From the sequence record OR525698.1: a DNA stretch of 64,000 nt. The stretch is one strand, 5' to 3'. The notes beneath the pieces are model-generated. The model made no database searches, was not told the DNA's origin, and was given only the letters and a program-made list of their open reading frames with translations. This DNA comes from Escherichia phage vB-Eco-KMB43. The position numbers and the translations under genes were made by a program. Shown here in pieces: positions 25,256 to 33,179 of the stretch (positions are counted from its first letter, which is position 1; the number at the start of each line of letters is the position of its first letter).

Positions 25256-25423
25256 TTATTTGTTAATTTCCGGTGCGTTGCTCGGATAGTAACCTTCTTT
25301 AACACCCAGATATTTTGCGACCATTCCGGTGATCTTCTGTGCTACTACAATGTCAAATTTCAGGTAGTCTTCACCGTGGTTTGCTACAATGTATGCTTCG
25401 CATTCTGCTTTAGTCTGGAACAT
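25256..25423 (-). CDS. small hypothetical protein, paralogue B (55 aa)
   Basis: MFQTKAECEAYIVANHGEDYLKFDIVVAQKITGMVAKYLGVKEGYYPSNAPEINK; about 90 percent identical to ORF 21635-21802. Confidence 0.55.
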   Translation of the reverse strand: MFQTKAECEAYIVANHGEDYLKFDIVVAQKITGMVAKYLGVKEGYYPSNAPEINK

Positions 25424-25454
25424 TTTTGATTCTCCTATATCTCGTTGGTATGTG

Positions 25455-25488
25455 TGTAGTATAGGGGATCACCGATCCCCTGTCAACA
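25455..25488 (-). promoter_or_regulatory. early promoter cassette with palindromic spacer
   Basis: Reverse complement TTGACA-GGGGATCGGTGATCCCC-TATACT. Confidence 0.6.
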
Positions 25489-25493
25489 ACTTT

Positions 25494-25844
25494 TTATTCT
25501 TCATCTTCATCTTTATCTTGATATGCGTACGTCATAAATTTGTCTGCTACTTTGTCCGCGTTTTCAGGTTCTACGTCTGACGCTAGGACAACAGCTAGTT
25601 CTGTTTTGTCGTTTCCATCATACCAATGATTATGAGTGTCGTTTTCTTCGATATAAAACGAATCATTTGGAGTTGTGCGACAATATACGTCTAAATTCCC
25701 ATCGATATAAAAGATCCAATCCGAATACAAAATGATTGTTTTAGCAAGATTTTTATTGCCTTCAACGAAAGGTTCGGCTACAAACAAATTAGTATGTTCC
25801 ATAGTATTTTTCCTCAAAATTATACAGCTTCGTAAACTTCCCAA
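25494..25844 (-). CDS. member 5 of the tandem paralogue family
   Basis: ...IFYIDGNLDVYCR...DTHNHWYDGNDKTELAVVLASDVEPENADK. Confidence 0.55.
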   Translation of the reverse strand: MGSLRSCIILRKNTMEHTNLFVAEPFVEGNKNLAKTIILYSDWIFYIDGNLDVYCRTTPNDSFYIEENDTHNHWYDGNDKTELAVVLASDVEPENADKVADKFMTYAYQDKDEDEE

Positions 25845-26011
25845 TGTCCAACACCAGCACGCTTAACGAAAAGGTTTTCTTTTATGTTATTCATAAACGT
25901 CTGGATGGATTTAATTCGTTTGGAAGGTTTCCAGTCTTCGTTGGTATTGCGTCGATACATCATAACATTACCAGACCGCTTATATTCAGCAACCATTTTA
26001 AGACCACACAT
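25820..26011 (-). CDS. hypothetical protein (63 aa)
   Basis: Intact ORF; start overlaps the upstream stop. Confidence 0.45.
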   Translation of the reverse strand: MCGLKMVAEYKRSGNVMMYRRNTNEDWKPSKRIKSIQTFMNNIKENLFVKRAGVGHWEVYEAV

Positions 26012-26067
26012 AATATTATCCTCAATTTGTGGGAGAGTATTACCCTCCCGATTATTGTTATACTACA

Positions 26068-26388
26068 TTACGCAAAATGGCGTGTCAATGCTTCTTTTGC
26101 TGTTCCGCTAAGATTCTCTATCTCTCCTGGCATAACATCAACCGCCAGAACTTCTACAACATCCTCTGATCCTAACCAGTGAGTATGACCTTTGTAGAAC
26201 TTGATAATCAGACTACCTTCCTCATCCCATTTAACGCTATCGCTAGCCCACCACACATCACCGTCGATAAAGTTGATGTAAAGCACACTACGCCACATTG
26301 AATTAATTACTTTCAATACTGCGCCTTTCATATCTTCCACGGTGTGGTCTTCCATTTTGAAGACCTCGCCTACCTGAACTTTTGCCAT
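26068..26388 (-). CDS. member 6 of the tandem paralogue family (most divergent)
   Basis: ...YINFIDGDVWWASD...KGHTHWLGSEDVVEVLAVDVMPGEIE. Confidence 0.5.
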   Translation of the reverse strand: MAKVQVGEVFKMEDHTVEDMKGAVLKVINSMWRSVLYINFIDGDVWWASDSVKWDEEGSLIIKFYKGHTHWLGSEDVVEVLAVDVMPGEIENLSGTAKEALTRHFA

Positions 26389-26405
26389 TTAGTCACCTCT
26401 CTTTA

Positions 26406-26585
26406 TTACATAACAATTACGCCAGCCGTTGAAAGTTGATGTTTCAACTGAGCATTTTCTGCTACTGTCAAATCAATGATTTCTTGTGACGCTGCAATCA
26501 TATAGCCATTGGTGATATTGTTTTGCATCAGTTCAATGGTTTCTTCGTTGTAGCGGATTTTAGCGATGATTTCGTTGAAGTTCAT
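26406..26585 (-). CDS. small hypothetical protein (59 aa)
   Basis: Manual translation MNFNEIIAKIRYNEETIELMQNN...; GGAGAATCAATTATG context. Confidence 0.45.
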   Translation of the reverse strand: MNFNEIIAKIRYNEETIELMQNNITNGYMIAASQEIIDLTVAENAQLKHQLSTAGVIVM

Positions 26586-26617
26586 AATTGATTCTCCTAG
26601 TTCGTTTCGGTATGTGT

Positions 26618-26651
26618 GTATTATAGGGGAGTTTAACCTCCCCTGTCAACA
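26618..26651 (-). promoter_or_regulatory. early promoter cassette with palindromic spacer
   Basis: Reverse complement TTGACA-GGGGAGGTTAAACTCCCC-TATAAT. Confidence 0.65.
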
Positions 26652-26657
26652 ACTTTT

Positions 26658-26969
26658 TTAAAGTTTTTCCATGATAACGGTCATAATTACATCTTCTGCG
26701 CGAGCGGTCAGATTATCAGCGTCAGCATGTGGGCGGTTGGTTGTTACAGAGATAACACCGTTGCGCACTGGTTTGATATTGATATCAAGATGATCCGCGA
26801 AACGTTCGCCAGTTACAGAATGAATTTTGGTGTTAAATTCTTTTGCCAGTGCCTTGCGAACTTCACGAATCAGGATAGCGTTTTTCAGTTGGTTCTCCGC
26901 GCTCATGGTCTTCTGAGTGTTCATGGTTCCGTCGAAGTCAATCATTGGCAGCGTTACGATGTATTTCAT
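26658..26969 (-). CDS. hypothetical protein (103 aa), paralogous to ORF 23489-23776
   Basis: Shared ...VRKALAKEFNTK... block; GGAGAATCAAAAATG context. Confidence 0.55.
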   Translation of the reverse strand: MKYIVTLPMIDFDGTMNTQKTMSAENQLKNAILIREVRKALAKEFNTKIHSVTGERFADHLDINIKPVRNGVISVTTNRPHADADNLTARAEDVIMTVIMEKL

Positions 26970-27011
26970 TTTTGATTCTCCGTTTAAGAAAGTGTGTTTC
27001 GTTTTGATGTG

Positions 27012-27045
27012 TGTAGTATAGGGGATACGTGATCCCCTGTCAACA
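27012..27045 (-). promoter_or_regulatory. early promoter cassette with palindromic spacer
   Basis: Reverse complement TTGACA-GGGGATCACGTATCCCC-TATACT. Confidence 0.6.
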
Positions 27046-27056
27046 ACTTTTTTGAA

Positions 27057-27401
27057 TTATTTTTTCATGAGCTTAATGGCTTCTTCCATAGCCAGCACAT
27101 TTCGATAGTTAGGGTATCGTGTTAGATCGTCATACATTCGCTTAAGGGTGGAAACTTCCTCAAACTCTGGGTTTTCTAGATACAGTTGAACAAATTGTTT
27201 CTCTACCATCTCGGCTTTTAGCTTGTCTGCTTGTTCCTGTTCATATGATTTCGTTGGACCCAACACCAACAAAATGATAAAGGTGATCAACGGGCTAATG
27301 ATCAATGATAGGATAACATAACCAATAACGCTACGGTTTAAACGGCTTGCGTACATGCCTACAAGGAAAACAAAAAGGATATAGATAAACAGAAAGAACA
27401 T
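27057..27401 (-). CDS. small membrane protein (114 aa, two predicted TM segments)
   Basis: Hydrophobic stretches FFLFIYILFVFLVGMYA and VILSLIISPLITFIILLVLG. Confidence 0.55.
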   Translation of the reverse strand: MFFLFIYILFVFLVGMYASRLNRSVIGYVILSLIISPLITFIILLVLGPTKSYEQEQADKLKAEMVEKQFVQLYLENPEFEEVSTLKRMYDDLTRYPNYRNVLAMEEAIKLMKK

Positions 27402-27408
27402 ATAATGG

Positions 27409-27882
27409 TTACTCCTTATTTTCGCGCTCGTACTTTTCGAAATAAAATTCTACTGGCTGGTCGTGGATTGACAGCAAGCCAAAGCGTTTAGCCGCTCGCA
27501 ATCCCATATTGCGCTGAATGTACTTCTGGAAGTTCTCGCGTATACACTTACGCCAGGATTCTAAGCCCATGCAGCTTTTATAAAGATTGCATTGCACACA
27601 TGCCGGATTCATGTTATCAAGTATATCATGCTCCGGTTTATGCATTCCTACAACCTTATACTTCCACGATCCATCATCATTACGGACAATTCGTCCATTT
27701 TCATCATAGACTACCTTTGAGCGTCGCAATACTGGTTTGATGTGGTCTGCGTGCCAGCGATCCCCTAGTTCCTCGCCACAATAGGCACAACGTCCACCAT
27801 ATTTCATTTTCAGGATCTGGCGTTGCTCTTTCTTTGACAATTTTTTAGGTTTAGGGGCTTTCGCCCCTTCATTATCACACAT
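27409..27882 (-). CDS. HNH endonuclease (freestanding, homing-endonuclease-like)
   Basis: CAYCGEEL...HADHIKPV...NMNPACVQCN: canonical CxxC-HxxH-N-CxxC HNH motif; start overlaps the end of the ligase gene. Confidence 0.75.
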   Translation of the reverse strand: MCDNEGAKAPKPKKLSKKEQRQILKMKYGGRCAYCGEELGDRWHADHIKPVLRRSKVVYDENGRIVRNDDGSWKYKVVGMHKPEHDILDNMNPACVQCNLYKSCMGLESWRKCIRENFQKYIQRNMGLRAAKRFGLLSIHDQPVEFYFEKYERENKE

Positions 27883-29377
27883 CGAATACCTCTTTTACTG
27901 TATTTGCAGTGGTCTTGTCGTAGCGAATACGTTTGATGATTGGGAGAAATAAAGAGAACTCCGGTTCATCTTCTTTACGTGATTTGCTGCGAATGTACCC
28001 GTTGCATGTCATCTCAATGACTTTTCCAATCAGGTTATGACGGTCAGCCCATAACATTTCTCGGTCGAGTTCATTTCGACGATCGAACGGAATTACACGT
28101 TCAGTACCATCATCACCTTTTTCGGTTGTAGTGTCGGTTAATCCCGATCCGGTGTTAGTCATCATTCGTCCGCACGCACTACGGACAGTAAAACCGCCTA
28201 CCTTATTGGGGTCTTTACTATGCGGATATACATCAACAATTTCCGCGTCGAAGTCAATCACTTCTTTAAATTTAACCTGATCTTTACTACGGCGATCTTC
28301 AAATACACCATGTAAATTTTTAAGGATAATACCTTCTAAGCCCATGTTGACATAACGATGATATACTTCGCGAGCTTCATCGATATTGTTAACTACAGTG
28401 TTTTCTATGATCTGAACACGAGGATCGTTAAGTTCTTCAACAATCTGTTTTAGTTCTTCGAATCGATCTTTATATTGCTTCGTTGCTTTCTCGTTTCCGT
28501 AATACACATCACGGTCGATAACATCCCAGACAGTGTAAACAATACATTGGGCTTCTTCTTTTGGAATAGTTCCTTTAAGTGATTTGTTGAGGATACCATT
28601 TCCGGTCTGACGATCTGCAACAACGGATTCTTTCACTGCTTCCGCTACTGGCGTTAATGGCATTTCCTCTTCTTCAAATATCCATGACAGAGTACCATCA
28701 TAAACGCTTTCAACGAAGTTCTGCGCTGGTGTTTGCGAAAGGGTAGGCATATATACCAATTCGCCATCTAGAACAATTCCACGGCCTCGTAGACGCTCTA
28801 AAACCGCAAACAAATCATCAAGCCCTTGATAGGTATTACCTGAGCGGGTATAGATTGCTAATGTTTCCCCGTCAATATCAGCCATACCACGAGCGCCATC
28901 GCTTTTAAGTTGTGCATACGCCGGATACTTGATATTAGCAATAGTCTTATCAGAACATGACGATGCAAGGTGGCACGGTTGCTGGGGGATCAGTTTCTTC
29001 CATACCTTGTTTGCAGTGGTAGCGGAACAGCCGCATTCCAGATCACGATTCAGGACCATCATTGCAACTTTAGCATCATCCTCTGACAAGCAAGTCAGAG
29101 TATCGGTAACTAGCTGTAATGCTGCATTACCAGTTACTTGACGCGTGGCAAGTTTATTTTTAAAGACCTGTAATGCACCGGATAAAGACAATACAGACGA
29201 ATAGCGAGACGGTTTATCGTATTTCTTTACGCCAAACGTAACCTGTTTGCAATATGCCAGATAAAAGCATTCTTTCAGCGTTTCATTGCTCGCGGATTCT
29301 TTCAGAATCTTTTCTTTCAGCGATGTTTTGTCTGTTGCTGCAAGCTGATTAATGATATTAAGAATTGACATTTTCAC
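27875..29377 (-). CDS. 30: ATP-dependent DNA ligase gp30
   Basis: 500 aa; FAQLKSDGARG (KxDG adenylation site), LDGELVY, EGIILKN, and overall collinearity with T4 DNA ligase. Confidence 0.9.
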   Translation of the reverse strand: MKMSILNIINQLAATDKTSLKEKILKESASNETLKECFYLAYCKQVTFGVKKYDKPSRYSSVLSLSGALQVFKNKLATRQVTGNAALQLVTDTLTCLSEDDAKVAMMVLNRDLECGCSATTANKVWKKLIPQQPCHLASSCSDKTIANIKYPAYAQLKSDGARGMADIDGETLAIYTRSGNTYQGLDDLFAVLERLRGRGIVLDGELVYMPTLSQTPAQNFVESVYDGTLSWIFEEEEMPLTPVAEAVKESVVADRQTGNGILNKSLKGTIPKEEAQCIVYTVWDVIDRDVYYGNEKATKQYKDRFEELKQIVEELNDPRVQIIENTVVNNIDEAREVYHRYVNMGLEGIILKNLHGVFEDRRSKDQVKFKEVIDFDAEIVDVYPHSKDPNKVGGFTVRSACGRMMTNTGSGLTDTTTEKGDDGTERVIPFDRRNELDREMLWADRHNLIGKVIEMTCNGYIRSKSRKEDEPEFSLFLPIIKRIRYDKTTANTVKEVFDV

Positions 29378-29837
29378 CTCGTTTTGTTAAACGTTCACGA
29401 ATATCATTGAGGATACTACAAAATTCCGATTCAGTCAATATAGTCTTTAACGGATCAGTTCCACCTATGCTATGACGTAATTTCTTATTTCCGGTAGCAA
29501 GTAATGCTTTACAAAATTCTGGGTTATTCCGTGCCATCGTAACAAATGCCAGATGTACCAGTCTGTAATAATGCTCACTCATTCGATGAATCGGGCGACC
29601 CTGAAAATATAACATGTGATTCTCAATCTTTTCAGTTCTTCCGGTTCTTTTTGCTTTGCCACCGTGCATCAAAAAGATTTCTCTTTGTCTCTGAGGGTTC
29701 TTAAATCTTAGCCCCTGTAAAAATCCTTCTGTGCTGTTAATATCGCAGCCAAATAAACGGAATGGTCTTTTATTGAAATTACTCAATTCACCCGATGGAT
29801 AAGGTCCACCCGCATAGATATCAATTTCAGAAGTCAT
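29358..29837 (-). CDS. NADAR (DUF1768, YbiA-like) family protein
   Basis: IYAGGPYPSGELSNFNKRPFRLFGCDINSTEGFLQGLRF aligns with the E. coli YbiA core (INFYSTSDDYGDFSNFAAWPIKVDGKTWPTSEHYFQAQKF). Confidence 0.6.
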   Translation of the reverse strand: MTSEIDIYAGGPYPSGELSNFNKRPFRLFGCDINSTEGFLQGLRFKNPQRQREIFLMHGGKAKRTGRTEKIENHMLYFQGRPIHRMSEHYYRLVHLAFVTMARNNPEFCKALLATGNKKLRHSIGGTDPLKTILTESEFCSILNDIRERLTKRGENVNS

Positions 29838-29991
29838 TGAAACTAATCTCGCTAATCAGAGAGAACGGATCATAATCGTCATTAGGAATATCGATAGTAA
29901 TCGAATGAGGATTTACCCATACACCAAACTGGTCTTCTTCGGTGAATACTTCGGTATGGATTTCGTGGATGTTTACATTCATAGTTTTCAT
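29827..29991 (-). CDS. small hypothetical protein (54 aa)
   Basis: Manual translation MKTMNVNIHEIHTEVFTEEDQFGVWVNPHS...; overlaps the NADAR start by 11 nt. Confidence 0.35.
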   Translation of the reverse strand: MKTMNVNIHEIHTEVFTEEDQFGVWVNPHSITIDIPNDDYDPFSLISEISFNDF

Positions 29992-30044
29992 AATAAAATT
30001 TCCTTAATAATCAATAACTTACAAAATCATATAGCCAAAATATA

Positions 30045-30063
30045 GGCGGGATTATTTCCCGCC
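30045..30063 (-). terminator. candidate terminator downstream of gene 31
   Basis: GGCGGGA-TTATTT-CCCGCC hairpin. Confidence 0.45.
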
Positions 30064-30074
30064 GTTTAAAATCA

Positions 30075-30398
30075 TTAACCGTAAACTACCACAATATTCT
30101 GTTTGTGTGTTACAGTCCATTTCAGGTCGATCTCTTCTTCCTTCTTAACGCCGTTAATAACGTCTGGATGAGGAACTTTATTCATCTTGCCATGTGGCAG
30201 TAAAACAGTTTTACCCAGCAATTCTTTATCTACCGTTTCACCGATATCAATAATCTTACCTACCAGCGGAATCTCGCCCATAGTGCGCTTTTGCTCAATA
30301 ATGATCCCCATAGAGCTTTTTACTTCTGTCCCTGCGCTTTCTGCTTTAGCTTCAATGATCACATAGTCACCAAGTGCTTTAGGAGTTTTAACGGTCAT
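30075..30398 (-). CDS. 31: gp31 GroES-like co-chaperonin for capsid folding
   Basis: 107 aa; position between ligase and cd; GroES-like pattern ...GDYVIIEAKAESAG...GIIIE... comparable to T4 gp31. Confidence 0.75.
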   Translation of the reverse strand: MTVKTPKALGDYVIIEAKAESAGTEVKSSMGIIIEQKRTMGEIPLVGKIIDIGETVDKELLGKTVLLPHGKMNKVPHPDVINGVKKEEEIDLKWTVTHKQNIVVVYG

Positions 30399-30439
30399 AA
30401 TTTTATTACCTCTTCAAATCAATACAGTTTAATGATGAA

Positions 30440-30760
30440 TTATTTATAAATTTCGACGATCTGCGCTGGAGTCAGCCCGTCTACATTAATCAGACTATCA
30501 AGCCCAAAACTACGGAAACCTTCAACTGCAATTTCATATACTGGCAAAGATGTTTCTGATTCTTTACGCGGTTTTTCAACATTCGGAACTAACCACTTTT
30601 CGTATGTTTCAAACGGCATCAGTGCCGGATCTCGCGTGGCGATCATCTCACGGACAGTACCATCTTTCTTAGTAAACTGCAAAGAGTGAGTACCGACCGA
30701 AAACATTTTCTTTAGTGCTTCACGAAGTGCGATATTATCAACTTGTTCAGTCATTATCAA
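30440..30760 (-). CDS. hypothetical protein (106 aa), 31.1-like by position
   Basis: Intact ORF between gene 31 and cd. Confidence 0.5.
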   Translation of the reverse strand: MIMTEQVDNIALREALKKMFSVGTHSLQFTKKDGTVREMIATRDPALMPFETYEKWLVPNVEKPRKESETSLPVYEIAVEGFRSFGLDSLINVDGLTPAQIVEIYK

Positions 30761-31253
30761 TACCCTTCAAATCAGTCAATAATGCTTTTGGAATACGCGT
30801 GATTGTAATATCTGCATTATTCAGAATATCAGCCCAATCACGCCCACCATTTCGATCATATGTGTCGCAATAGTATAGATGTTTAATACCACTGTTTGCA
30901 ATTGCTTTAGCGCAATCTGGACACGGTGAAGCAGTACACCACATACTAGCGCCTTCAATCGATACACCGCTACGGGCAGCAAACAAAATAGCATTTAATT
31001 CAGCATGGATCTCGTTTTTCTGTGACCATGCACTATGCTCTGGTCGTTTTTCTGGGATCATTTTGCCGTCATCATCCAGCCAACCGTTTTTATGTGCATG
31101 ACAGCTACAATTTACTTGCCCTGCTGGAGTTCCGTTAAATCCAGTAGAAATGATTCGCCCGTCTTTTTCGATCAGTGCGCCTACCTTCCACGAAACGCAT
31201 TTAGAGTTCTTTGCGATTAGATAGGCGATCTGCATGTAAGTTTGTGACAACAT
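30747..31253 (-). CDS. cd: dCMP deaminase
   Basis: 168 aa; SWKVGALIEKDGRIISTGFNGTPAG, HAELNAILFAARSG and SPCPDCAKAIANSGIK zinc-binding motifs match T4 Cd. Confidence 0.9.
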   Translation of the reverse strand: MLSQTYMQIAYLIAKNSKCVSWKVGALIEKDGRIISTGFNGTPAGQVNCSCHAHKNGWLDDDGKMIPEKRPEHSAWSQKNEIHAELNAILFAARSGVSIEGASMWCTASPCPDCAKAIANSGIKHLYYCDTYDRNGGRDWADILNNADITITRIPKALLTDLKGIDND

Positions 31254-31274
31254 AATATAATCCTCACATAGTAA

Positions 31275-31478
31275 TTAACCGTATACGCGAAAGTATTCTA
31301 CTGATCCGTCGCTATACTGTTTTACATTGAATGTATTCACACCATGATTATTTCTCATGATGACATATACACTGCGACGTTCATCGCTAAACGGCATAAC
31401 TGGCGCTGGTTCAATATCAACACTAAAACCACGTTTAGCAAGTGCTTCGCCTAATTGCTTGAGTTTATCGGTAAACAT
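31275..31478 (-). CDS. hypothetical protein (67 aa)
   Basis: Intact ORF between cd and pseT. Confidence 0.45.
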   Translation of the reverse strand: MFTDKLKQLGEALAKRGFSVDIEPAPVMPFSDERRSVYVIMRNNHGVNTFNVKQYSDGSVEYFRVYG

Positions 31479-32377
31479 TAAAAGTCTCCGTAGTTAACCT
31501 GAAAACATTCTACACCAATTGAGCGGTACATGTCAACCACTTGATCACGGTCATCTACCGCCAAAACAACATGATAACGCGGTGCAATTTCAGAGAAGAA
31601 GATCTCTTTCTTCACTTCATGATCAGGACGACGATCATTAGTTTCACGTTGAAAGTGATCACTCGGTTCAATACCCTGTTCACGCAACCATTGCAGAGTA
31701 TCTTCTTCGCAAACATCCTCACGCCCTGAGCATGTAATGATACGATAACCATTATCACGATACAGTTTAAGCATTTCGACCACTTGCGGACGAGGTTTAT
31801 CTTCTTTGACCTTTGTCCAGTCAAACGGATGACGACCGCCCTTATCCGCTAATGTCCCATCAATATCAAAGATCACTGCCTTTGGCAGCATGGTATTCGG
31901 TTTGTATACTTCTTGACCCATATATTCCTGCATCAGATAAAATTGGTTGCGCAAATGAGAAAGTGGAATTGCTTTCTCACCGCGATATAAATTACGTTTC
32001 TTTAGTGTCTCAAATGATTCATTGAACACTTGTTCAGTATACACCGCGTTAAATTCTTTTGCAAGTTCTTTGTAGAATACACGATGTTTTTCTTTCAGGT
32101 TGGTATCGGAGATAATGATACTCAATCCGCGTGATAGAGTCTCACGAGCAATCATTCTCTGAATAGACTCTACCAGCTTTTCTTTTTCCTTAGTATACTT
32201 GTATTTCAAATGTGAGTCAACACCAAACAACATAAGACGAAGATCATCACGATTCACATTACGATAATTACTAAACCGTTTACATGTTTCCATCGCCCAT
32301 GTAGTTTTACCGGACCCAGAACAACCAACGGTTAAAATCACTTCACATTTCGGCATTATTTCTCCTTCGGTTTGCAC
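31478..32377 (-). CDS. pseT: polynucleotide 5'-kinase/3'-phosphatase
   Basis: ILTVGCSGSGKTT (P-loop), NRDD, and phosphatase IFDIDGTL...VDDR...VECWQV...GDF match T4 Pnk; true start may be the internal MPKC Met at 32354-32356. Confidence 0.9.
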   Translation of the reverse strand: MQTEGEIMPKCEVILTVGCSGSGKTTWAMETCKRFSNYRNVNRDDLRLMLFGVDSHLKYKYTKEKEKLVESIQRMIARETLSRGLSIIISDTNLKEKHRVFYKELAKEFNAVYTEQVFNESFETLKKRNLYRGEKAIPLSHLRNQFYLMQEYMGQEVYKPNTMLPKAVIFDIDGTLADKGGRHPFDWTKVKEDKPRPQVVEMLKLYRDNGYRIITCSGREDVCEEDTLQWLREQGIEPSDHFQRETNDRRPDHEVKKEIFFSEIAPRYHVVLAVDDRDQVVDMYRSIGVECFQVNYGDF

Positions 32378-32808
32378 CGTTCCTCATTAAGTTCTTTTCG
32401 ATAATAACACATGATCAACTTACTTTCAAGTGTATATCTCTTAATATCCGCAAGCCAGACTCTGAATTTTTGGGAGTCCTCCCACGACATAGAAACTCTA
32501 GGTTTACCGTCTATTGTATCCACTTTCAGGTCAATGTCAACTTTTTCTATTGGTGCTGGTAGTGGAGGATGTAATTTCGGTTCCTGTGAATAATGGTCCA
32601 TTGTACACGAAGAAAGCGCAAATACAATAGGCAAAGCGAAGACATGGATTATGGAGGTCTGAAAATTCTTATGTGCTTTCTTAAACATCCAGTGTATCAC
32701 GAAAATTGAAAACACCATCAGGATAATAATGCTTGCACCTATCCACAGATAATCAACCAGATTAAAATTGCTTATCTGCTCTTGTGTAGGCAATATTTCT
32801 ATGCTCAT
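32356..32808 (-). CDS. hypothetical membrane-associated protein (150 aa)
   Basis: N-terminal hydrophobic segment WIGASIIILMVFSIFVIHWMF and a second segment IIHVFALPIVFALSSC. Confidence 0.5.
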   Translation of the reverse strand: MSIEILPTQEQISNFNLVDYLWIGASIIILMVFSIFVIHWMFKKAHKNFQTSIIHVFALPIVFALSSCTMDHYSQEPKLHPPLPAPIEKVDIDLKVDTIDGKPRVSMSWEDSQKFRVWLADIKRYTLESKLIMCYYRKELNEERCKPKEK

Positions 32809-33179
32809 TTAGTAGCCTCCTTTAATTCTTCGGTAAACTCCTTAAATGAATCATTAAGCTGTTTCTCTACCAACTTTGGTTTTTGTGCTACTACATAGCC
32901 TCGTGTAGCGTCTTTCATTGCTTTGTTTTGTTCTTCTGCAAACTTAGTTCTTATTCCGTACATCTCCTTTTGTAGTGAGTCTACGACCTTCATCTTTTCA
33001 TCTGTCTTTTTCTTATACTCTGTAAATTCCTGATTCAGTCGATCTACCTCCTTTTTATTTTCCCACCACATATTACCACCTACCCCTAGCAACACAGAGA
33101 TGATAACAATGTATATCAGCTTTGACATATTACCCCCAACGACAAAAGGCGGGGAACTAGCCCCGCTTATTATTACCAA
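32805..33179 (-). CDS. hypothetical protein with N-terminal TM helix and coiled-coil region
   Basis: KLIYIVIISVLLGVGGNMWW followed by a charged helical region. Confidence 0.5.
   Translation of the reverse strand: MVIISGASSPPFVVGGNMSKLIYIVIISVLLGVGGNMWWENKKEVDRLNQEFTEYKKKTDEKMKVVDSLQKEMYGIRTKFAEEQNKAMKDATRGYVVAQKPKLVEKQLNDSFKEFTEELKEATK
33149..33166 (-). terminator. candidate terminator downstream of rnlA
   Basis: GCGGGG-AACTAG-CCCCGC hairpin with flanking A/T runs. Confidence 0.55.

Noticed and set aside
19205-27045. Regularly recurring ~35-60 bp repeats separated by variable sequence, superficially CRISPR-like
   Set aside because: Each repeat is a promoter (-35, -10, leader, RBS) followed by a protein-coding ORF; spacers are genes of 150-350 bp, and repeats are imperfect and on the gene-sense strand
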